Shown: positions 40,657 through 50,730, numbered from the stretch's first letter. The stretch: DNA of 64,000 bases from Pseudomonadota bacterium (GCA_028873515.1 JAGWIG010000011.1:2991-66990), one strand, 5' to 3'. Numbers and translations are program-made. Notes: a model not told the origin generated them from the sequence alone.

Positions 40657-41613
40657 TCAATCACTTTCTCCTTGTTCGAAACGTGCGTTTCTAACAATTT
40701 CAAGCTGTTGCCGGGTTATGAATTCCTGGGTGCTGTTGATCCCGCGTAGACGAAGGATGTAGTTGCGGACAGCGACTTCAACCAGTACCGCCATATTTGC
40801 TCCAGCGGCGATAGGCATTGTGACTTTCGGCACGGCAACGTCCAGTATGAATTGTTCCGAAGCGGAAACACTTAATCGATCAGCCACGACTTTTTCAGTG
40901 AATTTTTCAAGATGCACAATAAAGCGCAGGTTTTTCTTGGGCCGAACCGCAGTTTCACCAAATAGCGCCCTGATATTAAGGATGCCCAAGCCCCGTACTT
41001 CAAGAAAATCCTGGAGAAGAGGAGGGCACCGGCCCTCGAGCCGATCGGGGGCAACTCGATAGATGTCAACAATATCATCAGCAATAAGTCGGTGGCCGCG
41101 TGATACAAGTTCAAGGGCAAGTTCGCTTTTTCCGATTGCAGCACTACCGGAAATCAGGACCCCGATTCCTTGGATATCCATGAAGACACCGTGTATGCTG
41201 GCCATTTCCGCAAGTGTTTGAACAAGATAATGGCTTAATGTCTCAATTAGTTGTGCAGATAAATATGGGGTATGGAAAAGTGGGGTATTTGTCAGACGTG
41301 CAGTACGGAGGAGAGGACCTGGGATTTCTTCATTGTTACTGATGATGATGGCTTTGAGCGCCGGTGAGCAGAGCACTCTGATTGCCCGGCGCATAATGGG
41401 TTTCGGCAGGCCCTCAAGATAGGCCATTTCAGCCGGGCCCAGCACCTGGATTTGATTTGGGTTAACAAGATTCAGATGTCCGATAAGAGGGGCTATGGTT
41501 TGGCCTACTGCATTTTCAATCTCTCTTTGCCCCAGTTCATCGCCTGTTACCAGGGTTAGCGATAATGCGTCCTTGTTTTCTTCAAATAGCTTTTCTATGC
41601 TTGTTCGGGGCAT
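40657..41613 (-). CDS. hprK: HPr(Ser) kinase/phosphorylase
   Basis: P-loop SGSAAIGKSELALEL and a HprK signature region (ADDIVDI...). The N-terminus aligns from MPRTSIEKLF. The track ORF extends to 41667. Confidence 0.92.
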   Translation of the reverse strand: MPRTSIEKLFEENKDALSLTLVTGDELGQREIENAVGQTIAPLIGHLNLVNPNQIQVLGPAEMAYLEGLPKPIMRRAIRVLCSPALKAIIISNNEEIPGPLLRTARLTNTPLFHTPYLSAQLIETLSHYLVQTLAEMASIHGVFMDIQGIGVLISGSAAIGKSELALELVSRGHRLIADDIVDIYRVAPDRLEGRCPPLLQDFLEVRGLGILNIRALFGETAVRPKKNLRFIVHLEKFTEKVVADRLSVSASEQFILDVAVPKVTMPIAAGANMAVLVEVAVRNYILRLRGINSTQEFITRQQLEIVRNARFEQGESD

Positions 41614-42067
41614 ACTTGGATCCGTTGGTGAGTAAAGCGTGGATAGTCTCGATGTCATCTGTTGCACGCAATGCCGAACGTAGTTCTGGCTGGCTAAAAA
41701 ACTGAGCCAGTGTCGCCAGCAGTTTCAGATGCACATCATTCATTTGTTCGGGTACGAGTAAGGCGAAGAGAAGATCAACCGGAGCAGAATCTGGTGCTTC
41801 ATACGGGATGGGTTTTTTCAGTTTGACGAAAATACCGGCAGGTGCAGCCAGTCCTGCAATCCGGCCATGTGGAATGGCGATGCCGTGACCAATACCCGTT
41901 GAGCCTAGCTTTTCTCTTTCAAACAGGCTTCCATAGATAAGAAGACGTGCAACGTGGTAGCGGTTCTCGGCAAGCAGGCCTATCTGTTCGAAAACACGTT
42001 TCTTGCTGGTGGCCACCGGGTGGACCAGGATGTTTTCAGGTTGAAGAATTTGTGCAATTCGGTTCAT
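41582..42067 (-). CDS. ptsN: PTS IIA-like nitrogen regulatory protein PtsN (EIIA-Ntr)
   Basis: Phosphorylatable-His region GIGHGIAIPHGR and the rpoN-hpf-ptsN context. Start is the ATG at 42067 (MNRIAQIL...). Confidence 0.93.
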   Translation of the reverse strand: MNRIAQILQPENILVHPVATSKKRVFEQIGLLAENRYHVARLLIYGSLFEREKLGSTGIGHGIAIPHGRIAGLAAPAGIFVKLKKPIPYEAPDSAPVDLLFALLVPEQMNDVHLKLLATLAQFFSQPELRSALRATDDIETIHALLTNGSKYAPNKHRKAI

Positions 42068-42102
42068 TTTTTTCGAACAGCAACAAGGCTGCACCTTTTA
42101 CG

Positions 42103-42420
42103 TTATTCCACCGGCTGGTTTTTTGAATTGACGCGATGCTCATTCACTTTTTCCTTGTGACGGACAATTTTCCTGTCAAGTTTGCTGGCAAGAGAATCAA
42201 TGGCAGCGTACATATCCGAGTCCTGTGTCTGAACGAATAAATCATTACCACTGATATGAACCGTGGCCTCAGCACGCTGTATCAGTTTTTCTACACTAAG
42301 TACAACATTTATGCCAATAACTTGATCGAAATGACGGCTTAACCGGTTAAGCTTGGTTGTTACGTAATCACGAAGTGATGGTGTAATGTCGAGATGGTGG
42401 CCAGTAAGGGTAAGATTCAT
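42103..42420 (-). CDS. hpf: ribosome hibernation promoting factor
   Basis: MNLTLTGHHLDITPSLRDYV... is typical of HPF/YhbH. SD AAGGAA precedes the ATG at 42420, and the gene follows rpoN. Confidence 0.94.
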   Translation of the reverse strand: MNLTLTGHHLDITPSLRDYVTTKLNRLSRHFDQVIGINVVLSVEKLIQRAEATVHISGNDLFVQTQDSDMYAAIDSLASKLDRKIVRHKEKVNEHRVNSKNQPVE

Positions 42421-42434
42421 GAGCGGTTCCTTTA

Positions 42435-43826
42435 TCATATTGTCTTGCGCAGGCTGACCGGGGGAATGCCTAGGGCTTCCCGGTACTTGGCGATAGTGCG
42501 TCTGGCAACGACGACACCTTGTTGTGCCAGCATTTCTGCTATTCTCCCATCGCTTAAGGGTTTTTTTGGTGTTTCAGAGTTTATGAACTGTTTAATGAGT
42601 GCACGGATGGCAGTCGACGAGCAGGCACCCCCTGCATCGGTTGGCACATGGCTGCCAAAAAAATACTTGAGTTCGAATATTCCCCGGGGAGTCAGCATGT
42701 ATTTCTGTGTGGTGACCCGGGATACGGTGGATTCATGCAGATTCACTTCCTGCGCAATCTCACGCAGCACCAGTGGGCACATTCCAATCTCACCATGTTC
42801 GAAAAAATTCTTCTGATGATCCACTATGGCTTGCGATACCTTGAGTATGGTTTCAAACCGTTGCTGGATATTTTTAATGAACCAGCGTGCTTCCTGAAGC
42901 TGGTTTGTAAACTGGGCATGATTAGCTTCGCGGTTATGTGAAATCAGGTCGGCGTAGAGTCGATTGATACGTACCCGTGGAATGGCGGCCTGATTGAGTG
43001 CGGCCCGCCATTGACCTCTGACTTGGCGGATAATGACATCCGGAATAATGTAGCGGGTATCATTTTGTAAAAAAACTGAGCCCGGTTTTGGATTAAGACC
43101 CATGATGATATGCTGCGCATCCTTCAGGGCGCTATCGTCACAATGGAGAACTTTGCGAAGTTTCGCCCAGTCGTGAGCTGCCAATAAATTAAGATGATTT
43201 GCTGCAAGGGTCATGGCGAGATCTAAGTTGGCTGTTTCTGAGGGCAGTGAAGCGATTTGCAGGCAAAGACATTCAGAAAGGTTCCTTGCTCCGACACCTG
43301 GTGGATCCATATGCTGCAAATGCTTGAGTGCCGTTGAAAGTTCTATGGGATCAACTTCCAGTTCACTAGGCAGGTTTTGTGAAATGTCATCAAGGCTGGT
43401 TTCAAGATAGCCCTCATCGTTCAGGTTTTCTATGAGTAATGCAACAAACTGTTGGTCCCGGTCACTGAGATTCATAAGGCTAAGCTGAGAAAAAAGATGT
43501 TCAACCAGTGATGAGCCTAATGCTGCTGGTTGATTGAAATCATTATCCTCTTCGTCGGAATCATGGGATCGATGATCGTCTCCCCAAGGTTCATTATCAA
43601 ATCCCTCATCATCTGGCTGGGAAGCTTCATTTTCTGCAGCCTGATCAGGTTCATCGGATCCGGGCTCAGATGGATCAGGGATTTCGAGCAGAGGATTTTC
43701 CTGTAAAAGCTGGTCAATTTCCTGTGAAAGTTCAAGCGTAGACAGTTGCAATAGTCGAATGGACTGTTGCAGCTGTGGTGTTAGAGTTAGATGCTGGGAT
43801 AGCTTGATCTGTAAACTTTGCTTCAT
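42435..43826 (-). CDS. rpoN: RNA polymerase sigma-54 factor
   Basis: 463 aa with an N-terminal Gln/Leu-rich region, an acidic linker and a C-terminal RpoN box (ARRTIAKYR). Confidence 0.97.
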   Translation of the reverse strand: MKQSLQIKLSQHLTLTPQLQQSIRLLQLSTLELSQEIDQLLQENPLLEIPDPSEPGSDEPDQAAENEASQPDDEGFDNEPWGDDHRSHDSDEEDNDFNQPAALGSSLVEHLFSQLSLMNLSDRDQQFVALLIENLNDEGYLETSLDDISQNLPSELEVDPIELSTALKHLQHMDPPGVGARNLSECLCLQIASLPSETANLDLAMTLAANHLNLLAAHDWAKLRKVLHCDDSALKDAQHIIMGLNPKPGSVFLQNDTRYIIPDVIIRQVRGQWRAALNQAAIPRVRINRLYADLISHNREANHAQFTNQLQEARWFIKNIQQRFETILKVSQAIVDHQKNFFEHGEIGMCPLVLREIAQEVNLHESTVSRVTTQKYMLTPRGIFELKYFFGSHVPTDAGGACSSTAIRALIKQFINSETPKKPLSDGRIAEMLAQQGVVVARRTIAKYREALGIPPVSLRKTI

Positions 43827-43898
43827 GGGTATCCTGGGTCTGACCGCAAATCTGGGAGCTGGAGTAAACAGTTCGGGTCCAGCGAACCGTAAATACGG

Positions 43899-44621
43899 CT
43901 AGAGACGAAAATGCTCGCCAAGGTACACTTTTCTGACACTTTCATTATAAATGATTTCTTCTGGTTTGCCGCTAGCTAAAACTTCACCTTCATTAATGAT
44001 ATACGCTCGGTGGCAAATTCCTAGGGTTTCCCGCACATTATGATCGGTAATGAGCACCCCGATTCCCTGAGAAGTAAGCAAGCCGATAATTTTCTGTATT
44101 TCAAGTACAGCAATGGGGTCGACCCCTGCAAAAGGTTCATCTAACAATACAAATTTTGGGCTGGTGGCAAGAGCACGGGCAATTTCAACGCGCCTTCGTT
44201 CTCCACCAGAGAGGCTCATGGCGGAAGCTTCACGTAAACGTGTGATGTGCAATTCTTCAAGTAGTGAGTCGAGACGTCTTTTTATCGTTTCTTTATCCAG
44301 ATCCTGAAGCTCAAGGATGGCGCGGATATTTTGTTCTACTGTCAGCTTTCTGAAAATCGAAGCTTCCTGGGGAAGATAGGAAAGCCCCATCCGTGCCCTC
44401 CGGTAGATGGCAAGGTGGGAAAGTTCGACACCATCGAGCTCAATTGAACCACCATCAGGTGCAACCAGACCAACCATCATGTAGAAACTGGTTGTTTTTC
44501 CTGCACCATTGGGTCCGAGCAGTCCAACAACCTCGCCACTGTTGACCATGAGTGAGACATCGCGAACAACCTGCCTTTTGCGATAACGTTTCTGAAGGTT
44601 GCTTACAGTTAGGGTGCTCAT
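43899..44621 (-). CDS. lptB: LPS export ABC transporter ATP-binding protein
   Basis: Walker [10 protein letters not shown], signature LSGGERRR and Walker B LLDEP; located between lptA and rpoN. Confidence 0.96.
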   Translation of the reverse strand: MSTLTVSNLQKRYRKRQVVRDVSLMVNSGEVVGLLGPNGAGKTTSFYMMVGLVAPDGGSIELDGVELSHLAIYRRARMGLSYLPQEASIFRKLTVEQNIRAILELQDLDKETIKRRLDSLLEELHITRLREASAMSLSGGERRRVEIARALATSPKFVLLDEPFAGVDPIAVLEIQKIIGLLTSQGIGVLITDHNVRETLGICHRAYIINEGEVLASGKPEEIIYNESVRKVYLGEHFRL

Positions 44622-45163
44622 TGCCCACCCTGGCCTGCATGGGATTTAGCCTGTGGCTGAAAGATGGCATGCACCCTACCACCTGAGCCTCCGCCATTTA
44701 CCTTGAAGATTGTGCTTCCGATGTTATAGGTTATCGTATTTCCTTCTATCAAATCCTTGTTTCTCGTCAATCTTGCATCGCCTATTAACTCAAGAACGCG
44801 GCTTTCCGTATTATATCTGGCTTCTTGGGCCTGCCCTTTCAGCATTCCCTGGTTGTTGTCGAGCAATTCATGAAATGTGACAGGATTGCCATAGGCAATA
44901 GCCGTACGGACTTTCCCGTTTTGCGTAATGACCAGGCGGTCGGCCTTGATCTGCATGGTACCCTGGTTCAATACAACATGGCCTTCATAGGTGCTAATTT
45001 TTTGAATGTCGTTTACGGTAAGCTTATCAGCGTCAAGAGTCATGGGCTTGTTGCGATCGGCTAATTCTGCCTGGGCGCTGACAGGCAGAGATAAAGGATA
45101 TATGGCTAAGCTTGCCACAATGATTTTCAGGATGAGTCTGCGGAAATCCATGGAAATATCCAT
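44618..45163 (-). CDS. lptA: lipopolysaccharide transport periplasmic protein LptA
   Basis: Signal peptide plus an OstA-like fold sequence (...ADKLTVND...Y.G.V...QGTMQI.ADRLV); lptC-lptA-lptB order. Confidence 0.9.
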   Translation of the reverse strand: MDISMDFRRLILKIIVASLAIYPLSLPVSAQAELADRNKPMTLDADKLTVNDIQKISTYEGHVVLNQGTMQIKADRLVITQNGKVRTAIAYGNPVTFHELLDNNQGMLKGQAQEARYNTESRVLELIGDARLTRNKDLIEGNTITYNIGSTIFKVNGGGSGGRVHAIFQPQAKSHAGQGGQ

Positions 45164-45165
45164 TA

Positions 45166-45726
45166 TCAGTGATAGGTAGCCTGCACATGCGAAAGCAGAT
45201 GTGCAATTCGTGTTCGCGTATTGATGTTCATGCCTCCAGCAGTAATGACTGCACCCTGTCCTTTAATTTGAACGGGCTTGCTGGTATCAGCATAGCTCCT
45301 GTTCGGGTCGATATGCAGAAAATCCGTACTGGCCTCCCAGTTTTTTTGAGGATCCTTGTATTTCGCTTTGAGAAGGACATGGCTCATAAAATATACTTGC
45401 CGGGTATTGTGTACTAGTTTGCCACGATCTGCTGTAATAATCATGGTTGGTTTGGTTTTTTCGAGCTGCATGAAATTTGGCGAGGTTAGCCACACAGTGT
45501 CATCATCTGGGTAATGAATCATATTTTGAGCAGACAGGATAGACTGAGGAGCGCCATCCGGGCCGTAAGCGGTTGCATGAAGCCCATCGACAACAAAATC
45601 AACGGAATGGCCATGAGAAACGGGATGAAAATTAGGGAGTTTTATCGCGTAATTAAGCCAGAAGGTTGAAAGGGCAAGCAAAAAGGCAAGTCCCAGAGTC
45701 ATCCATGATGCGGATCTGTCCTTCAT
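45166..45726 (-). CDS. lptC: LPS export system protein LptC
   Basis: 186 aa with an N-terminal TM anchor, positioned between kdsC and lptA. Confidence 0.85.
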   Translation of the reverse strand: MKDRSASWMTLGLAFLLALSTFWLNYAIKLPNFHPVSHGHSVDFVVDGLHATAYGPDGAPQSILSAQNMIHYPDDDTVWLTSPNFMQLEKTKPTMIITADRGKLVHNTRQVYFMSHVLLKAKYKDPQKNWEASTDFLHIDPNRSYADTSKPVQIKGQGAVITAGGMNINTRTRIAHLLSHVQATYH

Positions 45727-46247
45727 GAGAAATAAGGGGCAAGAAGATCATCAAGCTTGCCCTGGGCCATGAGAATAAGCTCGCATGCCTCGCGTACAGC
45801 TCCGTGCCCTCCTTGTGCCTGGGTGACGTAATGGGCCTGTTCACGCACGATGGCCGGTGCGTTGGGCACGGAAAGGGCGAGACCTACACGGCGTAAAACG
45901 GGGATATCCATTACATCATCACCCATATAGGCGATGTCATCGGCGGGCAAGCCAAGTTTGTCACGCAAGGCCTGAAGAACAAGGAGTTTGTCTGATACCC
46001 CCTGAAAGATAAAATCGAATCCCAGATCGTGCGCCCGTTTGTCTACCGCATCGGAGGTACGCCCGGAAATGATTGCGAGATAGACCCCCCCTGCTTTAAG
46101 GAGTTTGAGGCCGTGTCCATCAAGGGCATTGAAAATTTTAATTTCAGCCCCCGACTCCGTAAATAACAGGCTGGCATCAGTCATGACCCCATCAACATCG
46201 AATATGGCAAGCTTAATGGTACCCGCACGAATCTCAAGAGACGGCAT
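45723..46247 (-). CDS. kdsC: 3-deoxy-D-manno-octulosonate 8-phosphate phosphatase (HAD family)
   Basis: HAD motif I FDVDGVMTD and a KdsC-like sequence; 174 aa, downstream of kdsD. Confidence 0.93.
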   Translation of the reverse strand: MPSLEIRAGTIKLAIFDVDGVMTDASLLFTESGAEIKIFNALDGHGLKLLKAGGVYLAIISGRTSDAVDKRAHDLGFDFIFQGVSDKLLVLQALRDKLGLPADDIAYMGDDVMDIPVLRRVGLALSVPNAPAIVREQAHYVTQAQGGHGAVREACELILMAQGKLDDLLAPYFS

Positions 46248-46255
46248 TATCGCTC

Positions 46256-47275
46256 CTAAACAACGCCAGCCCGCATGAGGTCATGCATGTTGAGGGCGCC
46301 GATAAGATGGTTTTGGTTATCAGTGACCAGAAGGGCGTTGATACGTTTGTCTTCCATCAATGCCACAGCAGCAGCAGCCAGTTCATGACTTCTGATGGTT
46401 TTTGGGGAACAGATCATGACTTCTCCGATGGTCATCACCCGTATATCTTCTTCCCTGTCGAGGGTGCGCCTTAAGTCACCATCTGTATAGATGCCTTCAA
46501 GAACCCCATCAGCTCGGGTTATGGCCGTAAGCCCCAGCCCTTTCCGGGACATTTCGACCAGGGCATCCTTAAGAGGTGCCGAATTCAGCACTTGAGGAAG
46601 GGCGGATCCGGTTCGCATTATGTCGCTGACGCGAATCAATAACCGTCGCCCAAGACTGCCACCAGGATGGGTGCGGGCAAAATCTTCAGCATCAAAGCCA
46701 CGCAAATCGAGTAAAGCCAAGGCCATGGCGTCACCGAGTGCCAACGCGGCTGTAGTGCTTGCTGTTGGAGCAAGACCAAGAGGGCAGGCCTCTTTTTCAA
46801 CTCTTACATGAAGATGAACATCCGCTTCATGGGCCAGTGTAGAGTTCGGGTTACCAGTTAGTGCAATAAGAGGGCTTCCGTGACGCTTGAGCAAGGGGAC
46901 AATGGTCAGTAACTCATGGCTTTCACCGGAATGGGAAAGTGCGAACATCACATCCTGCCGGGTCATCATGCCAAGATCGCCATGAGTGGCTTCAGCGGGG
47001 TGCATGAAGAAGGCTGGTGTTCCGGTTGAAGAGAGAGTGGCGGCTATTTTTCGGGCAATATGGCCGGATTTACCTATCCCGCTTACGACGACGCGGCCAT
47101 GGGTTCGCATAAGCAGGTTCACGGCCTTGGCAAAGGCATTATCAAGCCAGTCGGCCTGCATCCTGACGGCATCGGCTTCGATGTGCAGCACCTGGCGTGC
47201 AAGATCAAGTACGCGCTTTGTCTCATCATCGCTAAGATGCTCATCTGGGTTAGCAGCCTGTAGGGTATCAGTCAT
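46256..47275 (-). CDS. kdsD: arabinose-5-phosphate isomerase (SIS + tandem CBS domains)
   Basis: SIS motif VVVSGIGKSGHIARKIAATLSSTGTPAFF and C-terminal CBS pair. Aligns from MTDTLQAANP (ATG at 47275); the track ORF extends to 47341. Confidence 0.94.
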   Translation of the reverse strand: MTDTLQAANPDEHLSDDETKRVLDLARQVLHIEADAVRMQADWLDNAFAKAVNLLMRTHGRVVVSGIGKSGHIARKIAATLSSTGTPAFFMHPAEATHGDLGMMTRQDVMFALSHSGESHELLTIVPLLKRHGSPLIALTGNPNSTLAHEADVHLHVRVEKEACPLGLAPTASTTAALALGDAMALALLDLRGFDAEDFARTHPGGSLGRRLLIRVSDIMRTGSALPQVLNSAPLKDALVEMSRKGLGLTAITRADGVLEGIYTDGDLRRTLDREEDIRVMTIGEVMICSPKTIRSHELAAAAVALMEDKRINALLVTDNQNHLIGALNMHDLMRAGVV

Positions 47276-47489
47276 CGAACAGCGGGTTGCCTTGGGTAGA
47301 ATAATCCCTGACATTATAACGAAGATAAGAGGGCTTGACACCTAACTTAGGGATAGTGTTGCATTTGGGGTCATGAATTTGTTTTCCACACTTGGAGCTG
47401 TTATCAGGGTAGTAGCCAATTGCCCCTTAATCAAGTTAGAATGCGCTATTCAAATTTCTTCTTGTTGTTATATTATTCCCCTATCCGCC

Positions 47490-48302
47490 ATGTCAATCGA
47501 TAAGCTGGTTGAAATAACCGATTTGAATTTTTCTTACAGTTCTCGACCAGTCTTGAGAGGGGTGAATCTTTCCGTTTCAAAAGGAAGCATTGTGGCCATC
47601 ATGGGGGGGAGCGGCTGTGGCAAGACAACCCTTTTACGCCTTATAGGTGGTATGATTCGGGCCAGTTCAGGCGTTGTCCGTGTTGATGGTGAGGAAATTC
47701 GAGGCCTTCGGCGGGAACAGCTTTATGAGATGAGACGGCGCATGGGAATGTTGTTTCAGTTTGGGGCCCTTTTTACTGATTTGTCTGTTTTTGAGAATGT
47801 AGCGTTTCCCATGCGCGAGCATACCGATCTACCAGAAGCAATGATTGCTGATCTGGTGTTGATGAAGTTGAATGCAGTAGGCTTGAGAGGAGCAGCCCGT
47901 CTCATGCCTTCCGAGTTGTCAGGCGGGATGAGTCGCAGGGTCGCACTTGCACGGGCGATTGCCCTTGATCCTATGCTTATGATGTATGATGAGCCTTTTA
48001 CCGGGCTGGATCCTATTTCGTTGGGCATTATCGGAAAATTAATCCGCGATCTCAATGACGCTTTAGGCACGACCTCAATACTGGTTACCCATGACATTCA
48101 TGAGTCCTTGAGAATTGTGGATTATGTTTACTTCATTTCCGAGGGACAGGTAGTGGCCGAAGGAACTCCAGATGAGGTTCGTCATTCAACATCCCCTTTT
48201 GTTGAGCAGTTTATCAACGGGCGTCCTGATGGACCGGTACCCTTTCATTATCCGGCCCCATCTTTCGAGGAAGATTTGAGACTTGAGGCAGTCAGGTCAT
48301 GA
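47490..48302 (+). CDS. mlaF: phospholipid ABC transporter ATP-binding protein MlaF
   Basis: Walker A GGSGCGKTT, signature LSGGMSRR and Walker B MMYDEP. Start is the ATG at 47490 (MSIDKLVEI...); the track ORF starts at 47373. Confidence 0.93.
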   Translation: MSIDKLVEITDLNFSYSSRPVLRGVNLSVSKGSIVAIMGGSGCGKTTLLRLIGGMIRASSGVVRVDGEEIRGLRREQLYEMRRRMGMLFQFGALFTDLSVFENVAFPMREHTDLPEAMIADLVLMKLNAVGLRGAARLMPSELSGGMSRRVALARAIALDPMLMMYDEPFTGLDPISLGIIGKLIRDLNDALGTTSILVTHDIHESLRIVDYVYFISEGQVVAEGTPDEVRHSTSPFVEQFINGRPDGPVPFHYPAPSFEEDLRLEAVRS

Positions 48303-49093
48303 TGAGCAAATTATTCAGTCCGGTTCGGAAACTGGGCCATGCCATCATTGATGCCGTTTTGAGACTTGGATTTGCGGCGCGTTTTTTTGTTGCCGTGATT
48401 ATGGCTTCTGGAACCAGTTTTCGCAGATTTTCTCTGGTAATAAGGGAAATCTACATTGAAGGGTTCATGTCCCTTATCATTATCAGTGTATCCGGCTTGT
48501 TCGTGGGAATGGTTTTGGGGCTGCAAGGATATAATACCTTGCAGCGATTTGGTTCTGAATCAGCCTTGGGTGTTCTCGTTGCCCTTTCACTTCTTCGGGA
48601 ACTTGGGCCGGTTGTTGCTGCCCTGCTTTTTGCAAGCAGGGCAGGTACGGCGATGACGGCTGAGATCGGATTAATGAAATCCACTGAACAGCTGGTTGCA
48701 ATGGATATGATGGCGGTTAACCCACTTTCACGGGTTATTGCCCCAAAGTTCTGGGCAGGAGTCATATCCATGCCTCTTCTTGCAGCAATATTCAGTGCAG
48801 TTGGAATATTTGGCGGGTATTTGATTGGCGTACGGTTTATTGGTGTTGATGCAGGTACTTTCTGGTCCCAGATGCAGGCTCAAGTAGATGTGCGAACGGA
48901 TGTCCTTTATGGGGTATATAAAAGTTTCGTGTTTGGCATTGTAGTAACGGTTATTGCCCTGTTTGAAGGTTTTGACGCCCCTCCTACGGCCGAGGGTGTT
49001 TCGCGGGCGACAACCAGAACCGTTGTGATATCGAGTCTTGCCATACTGGTGCTGGATTTTGTATTGACTGCGTTCATGCTTGGGGGGAATTGA
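48299..49093 (+). CDS. mlaE: phospholipid ABC transporter permease MlaE
   Basis: 264 aa multi-TM MlaE/Ttg2B family protein (…REIGPVVAALLFASRAG-like: RELGPVVAALLFASRAGTAMTAEIG). Confidence 0.93.
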   Translation: MMSKLFSPVRKLGHAIIDAVLRLGFAARFFVAVIMASGTSFRRFSLVIREIYIEGFMSLIIISVSGLFVGMVLGLQGYNTLQRFGSESALGVLVALSLLRELGPVVAALLFASRAGTAMTAEIGLMKSTEQLVAMDMMAVNPLSRVIAPKFWAGVISMPLLAAIFSAVGIFGGYLIGVRFIGVDAGTFWSQMQAQVDVRTDVLYGVYKSFVFGIVVTVIALFEGFDAPPTAEGVSRATTRTVVISSLAILVLDFVLTAFMLGGN

Positions 49094-49600
49094 ATGGAAC
49101 GCTCCACATATGATTTGTGGGTAGGGATCTTTGTCGCTGCGGGACTGGCGGCTTTGCTTGTTCTGGCTTTTAAGGCCGGGAATCTGGGGGCATCTGATAT
49201 TGGGCCTGGATATACTATCAAGGCAAATTTTGACGATGTCGGGGGACTTAAGGTTCGCGCACCAGTCAAGGCTTCCGGGGTGGTTGTTGGACGGGTAACT
49301 GAGATCCGTTTTGATCCAGTACGTTATCAGGCCCTGGTAACCATGAAAATCAATGATGCATATCGTTTTCCGATGGATACAACGGCTTCAATCCTGACTT
49401 CAGGGTTGCTGGGTGATCAGTATATCGGACTGGATGCCGGCGGTGATTCAGTCATGCTGAAGGATGGGGATACCATCCGGCTGACCCAGTCAGCGGTGGT
49501 CCTTGAAAAACTCATTGGACAATTCCTGTTCAACAAGGCGGGTGAAGGTGGCAAGACTTCTGCAGGTTTGCCATCAACGGCAAAAGCGGGGGGAAGCTAG
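49094..49600 (+). CDS. mlaD: outer membrane lipid asymmetry maintenance protein MlaD (MCE domain)
   Basis: N-terminal TM plus an MCE domain (GLKVRAPVKASGVVVGRV); 168 aa. Confidence 0.92.
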   Translation: MERSTYDLWVGIFVAAGLAALLVLAFKAGNLGASDIGPGYTIKANFDDVGGLKVRAPVKASGVVVGRVTEIRFDPVRYQALVTMKINDAYRFPMDTTASILTSGLLGDQYIGLDAGGDSVMLKDGDTIRLTQSAVVLEKLIGQFLFNKAGEGGKTSAGLPSTAKAGGS

Positions 49601-49849
49601 CAAGGTTGAGTAAGGAGCGATTTGAATACCAGCTACATCTGGACCAGAAAGATCAACCGGGCACGGAGGGATGGTAGCTGCAGATATTGAATTCAGGCTA
49701 AAGCGTTGGGTTTATGATACGGTGAGGAGGTTGCACTGGTCGTAAATCCGGCAGTTTAACCTGTTGCACTTAGCGGTTATAATGTTGATGAACGCCATCT
49801 TGTGTTTACGACTTATACGGTTTGACGGCGGGATATGGATGAGGATGGG

Positions 49850-50449
49850 ATGATGAAGAAATTTTTCGCGATACTGGTTCTTTTTTCTCTGTTTAGTGCC
49901 ATTTCATATGCCAATGAACTTCCCCCAGATCAGCTGACACGGAATACTGCTAATCAAGTGCTGTCCATTTTACGTGAAAATCACGGTATTACGCATAATG
50001 ATACTCAAATCCAGCATCTGGTTGATGAAAAGGTGCTGCCTTATTTTGATTTTCGGCGGATGACCCGGCTTGCAATGGGCCGTAACTGGAGACGTGCGAC
50101 CCCAGCCCAGCAGGAAGAACTTGTTAGCCAGTTCCGTAAGCTGCTTGTCCGTACTTATTCGTCAGCCCTGAAGTCATACAGAAATCAAACGATAACTTAT
50201 TTACCTTTCCACATGGCTCCAGGAGACACAGATGCACTGGTCAAGACGCAAATCAACCAGCCTGGCCAGCAGCCAGTGCCAGTGGATTACAGTCTTGAAA
50301 AAACTGGCCAGGGCTGGAAAGTCTATGATATTGCCGTAGACGGGGTGAGCCTTGTGACTAACTATCGCTCGTCATTCAACATGGAAATACAGCGTAATGG
50401 TGTAGAAGGTCTTATCACGGCGCTTACAAAAAAGAACCAGGCCAGTTGA
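49850..50449 (+). CDS. mlaC: phospholipid-binding periplasmic protein MlaC (Ttg2D/toluene tolerance family)
   Basis: Signal peptide MMKKFFAILVLFSLFSAISYA and an MlaC-like core (FDFRRMTRLAMGRNWR...QGWKVYDIAVDGVSLV). SD GAGGA precedes the ATG at 49850. Confidence 0.9.
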   Translation: MMKKFFAILVLFSLFSAISYANELPPDQLTRNTANQVLSILRENHGITHNDTQIQHLVDEKVLPYFDFRRMTRLAMGRNWRRATPAQQEELVSQFRKLLVRTYSSALKSYRNQTITYLPFHMAPGDTDALVKTQINQPGQQPVPVDYSLEKTGQGWKVYDIAVDGVSLVTNYRSSFNMEIQRNGVEGLITALTKKNQAS

Positions 50450-50730
50450 TGAATTCAACCCCCTGCTATGCCCCTAAGGGCCGATTGACCTTTGATACTG
50501 TGTTGGAAATCAGGCAGGCCGGTGAAAATGCCATGATGAATTTGCCCATATGTTTTGATTTTAATGAAGTGACTCAGGTCGATTCTGCAGCCATTTCGCT
50601 GCTTCTGGACTGGAACCGTACTGCCAGGAAAAAGGGTGTAAAGCTGACTTTCACCCACATCCCGGATCACCTGCTTGACCTTGCAGGACTTTATGGCCTG
50701 CGTGATTTAATCATCCCTTCCCAGGCATGA
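50446..50730 (+). CDS. mlaB: STAS domain protein MlaB
   Basis: 94 aa STAS-like protein (…VDSAAISLLLDW…) immediately after mlaC, with overlapping stop and start. Confidence 0.8.
   Translation: MMNSTPCYAPKGRLTFDTVLEIRQAGENAMMNLPICFDFNEVTQVDSAAISLLLDWNRTARKKGVKLTFTHIPDHLLDLAGLYGLRDLIIPSQA

Noticed and set aside
47373-47489. 39-codon N-terminal extension of mlaF in the track ORF
   Set aside because: ABC ATPase homology starts at MSIDKLVEI (47490). The extension would eliminate the divergent kdsD/mlaF promoter region.
49601-49849. Possible mlaA/vacJ pseudogene remnant in the mlaD-mlaC gap
   Set aside because: Only short matches were found (INRA..., PVA.SGY), in a frame broken by stops. Their spacing is about 35 residues instead of ~17, so this is indistinguishable from chance by eye. 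I report it only as a gap and possible promoter.
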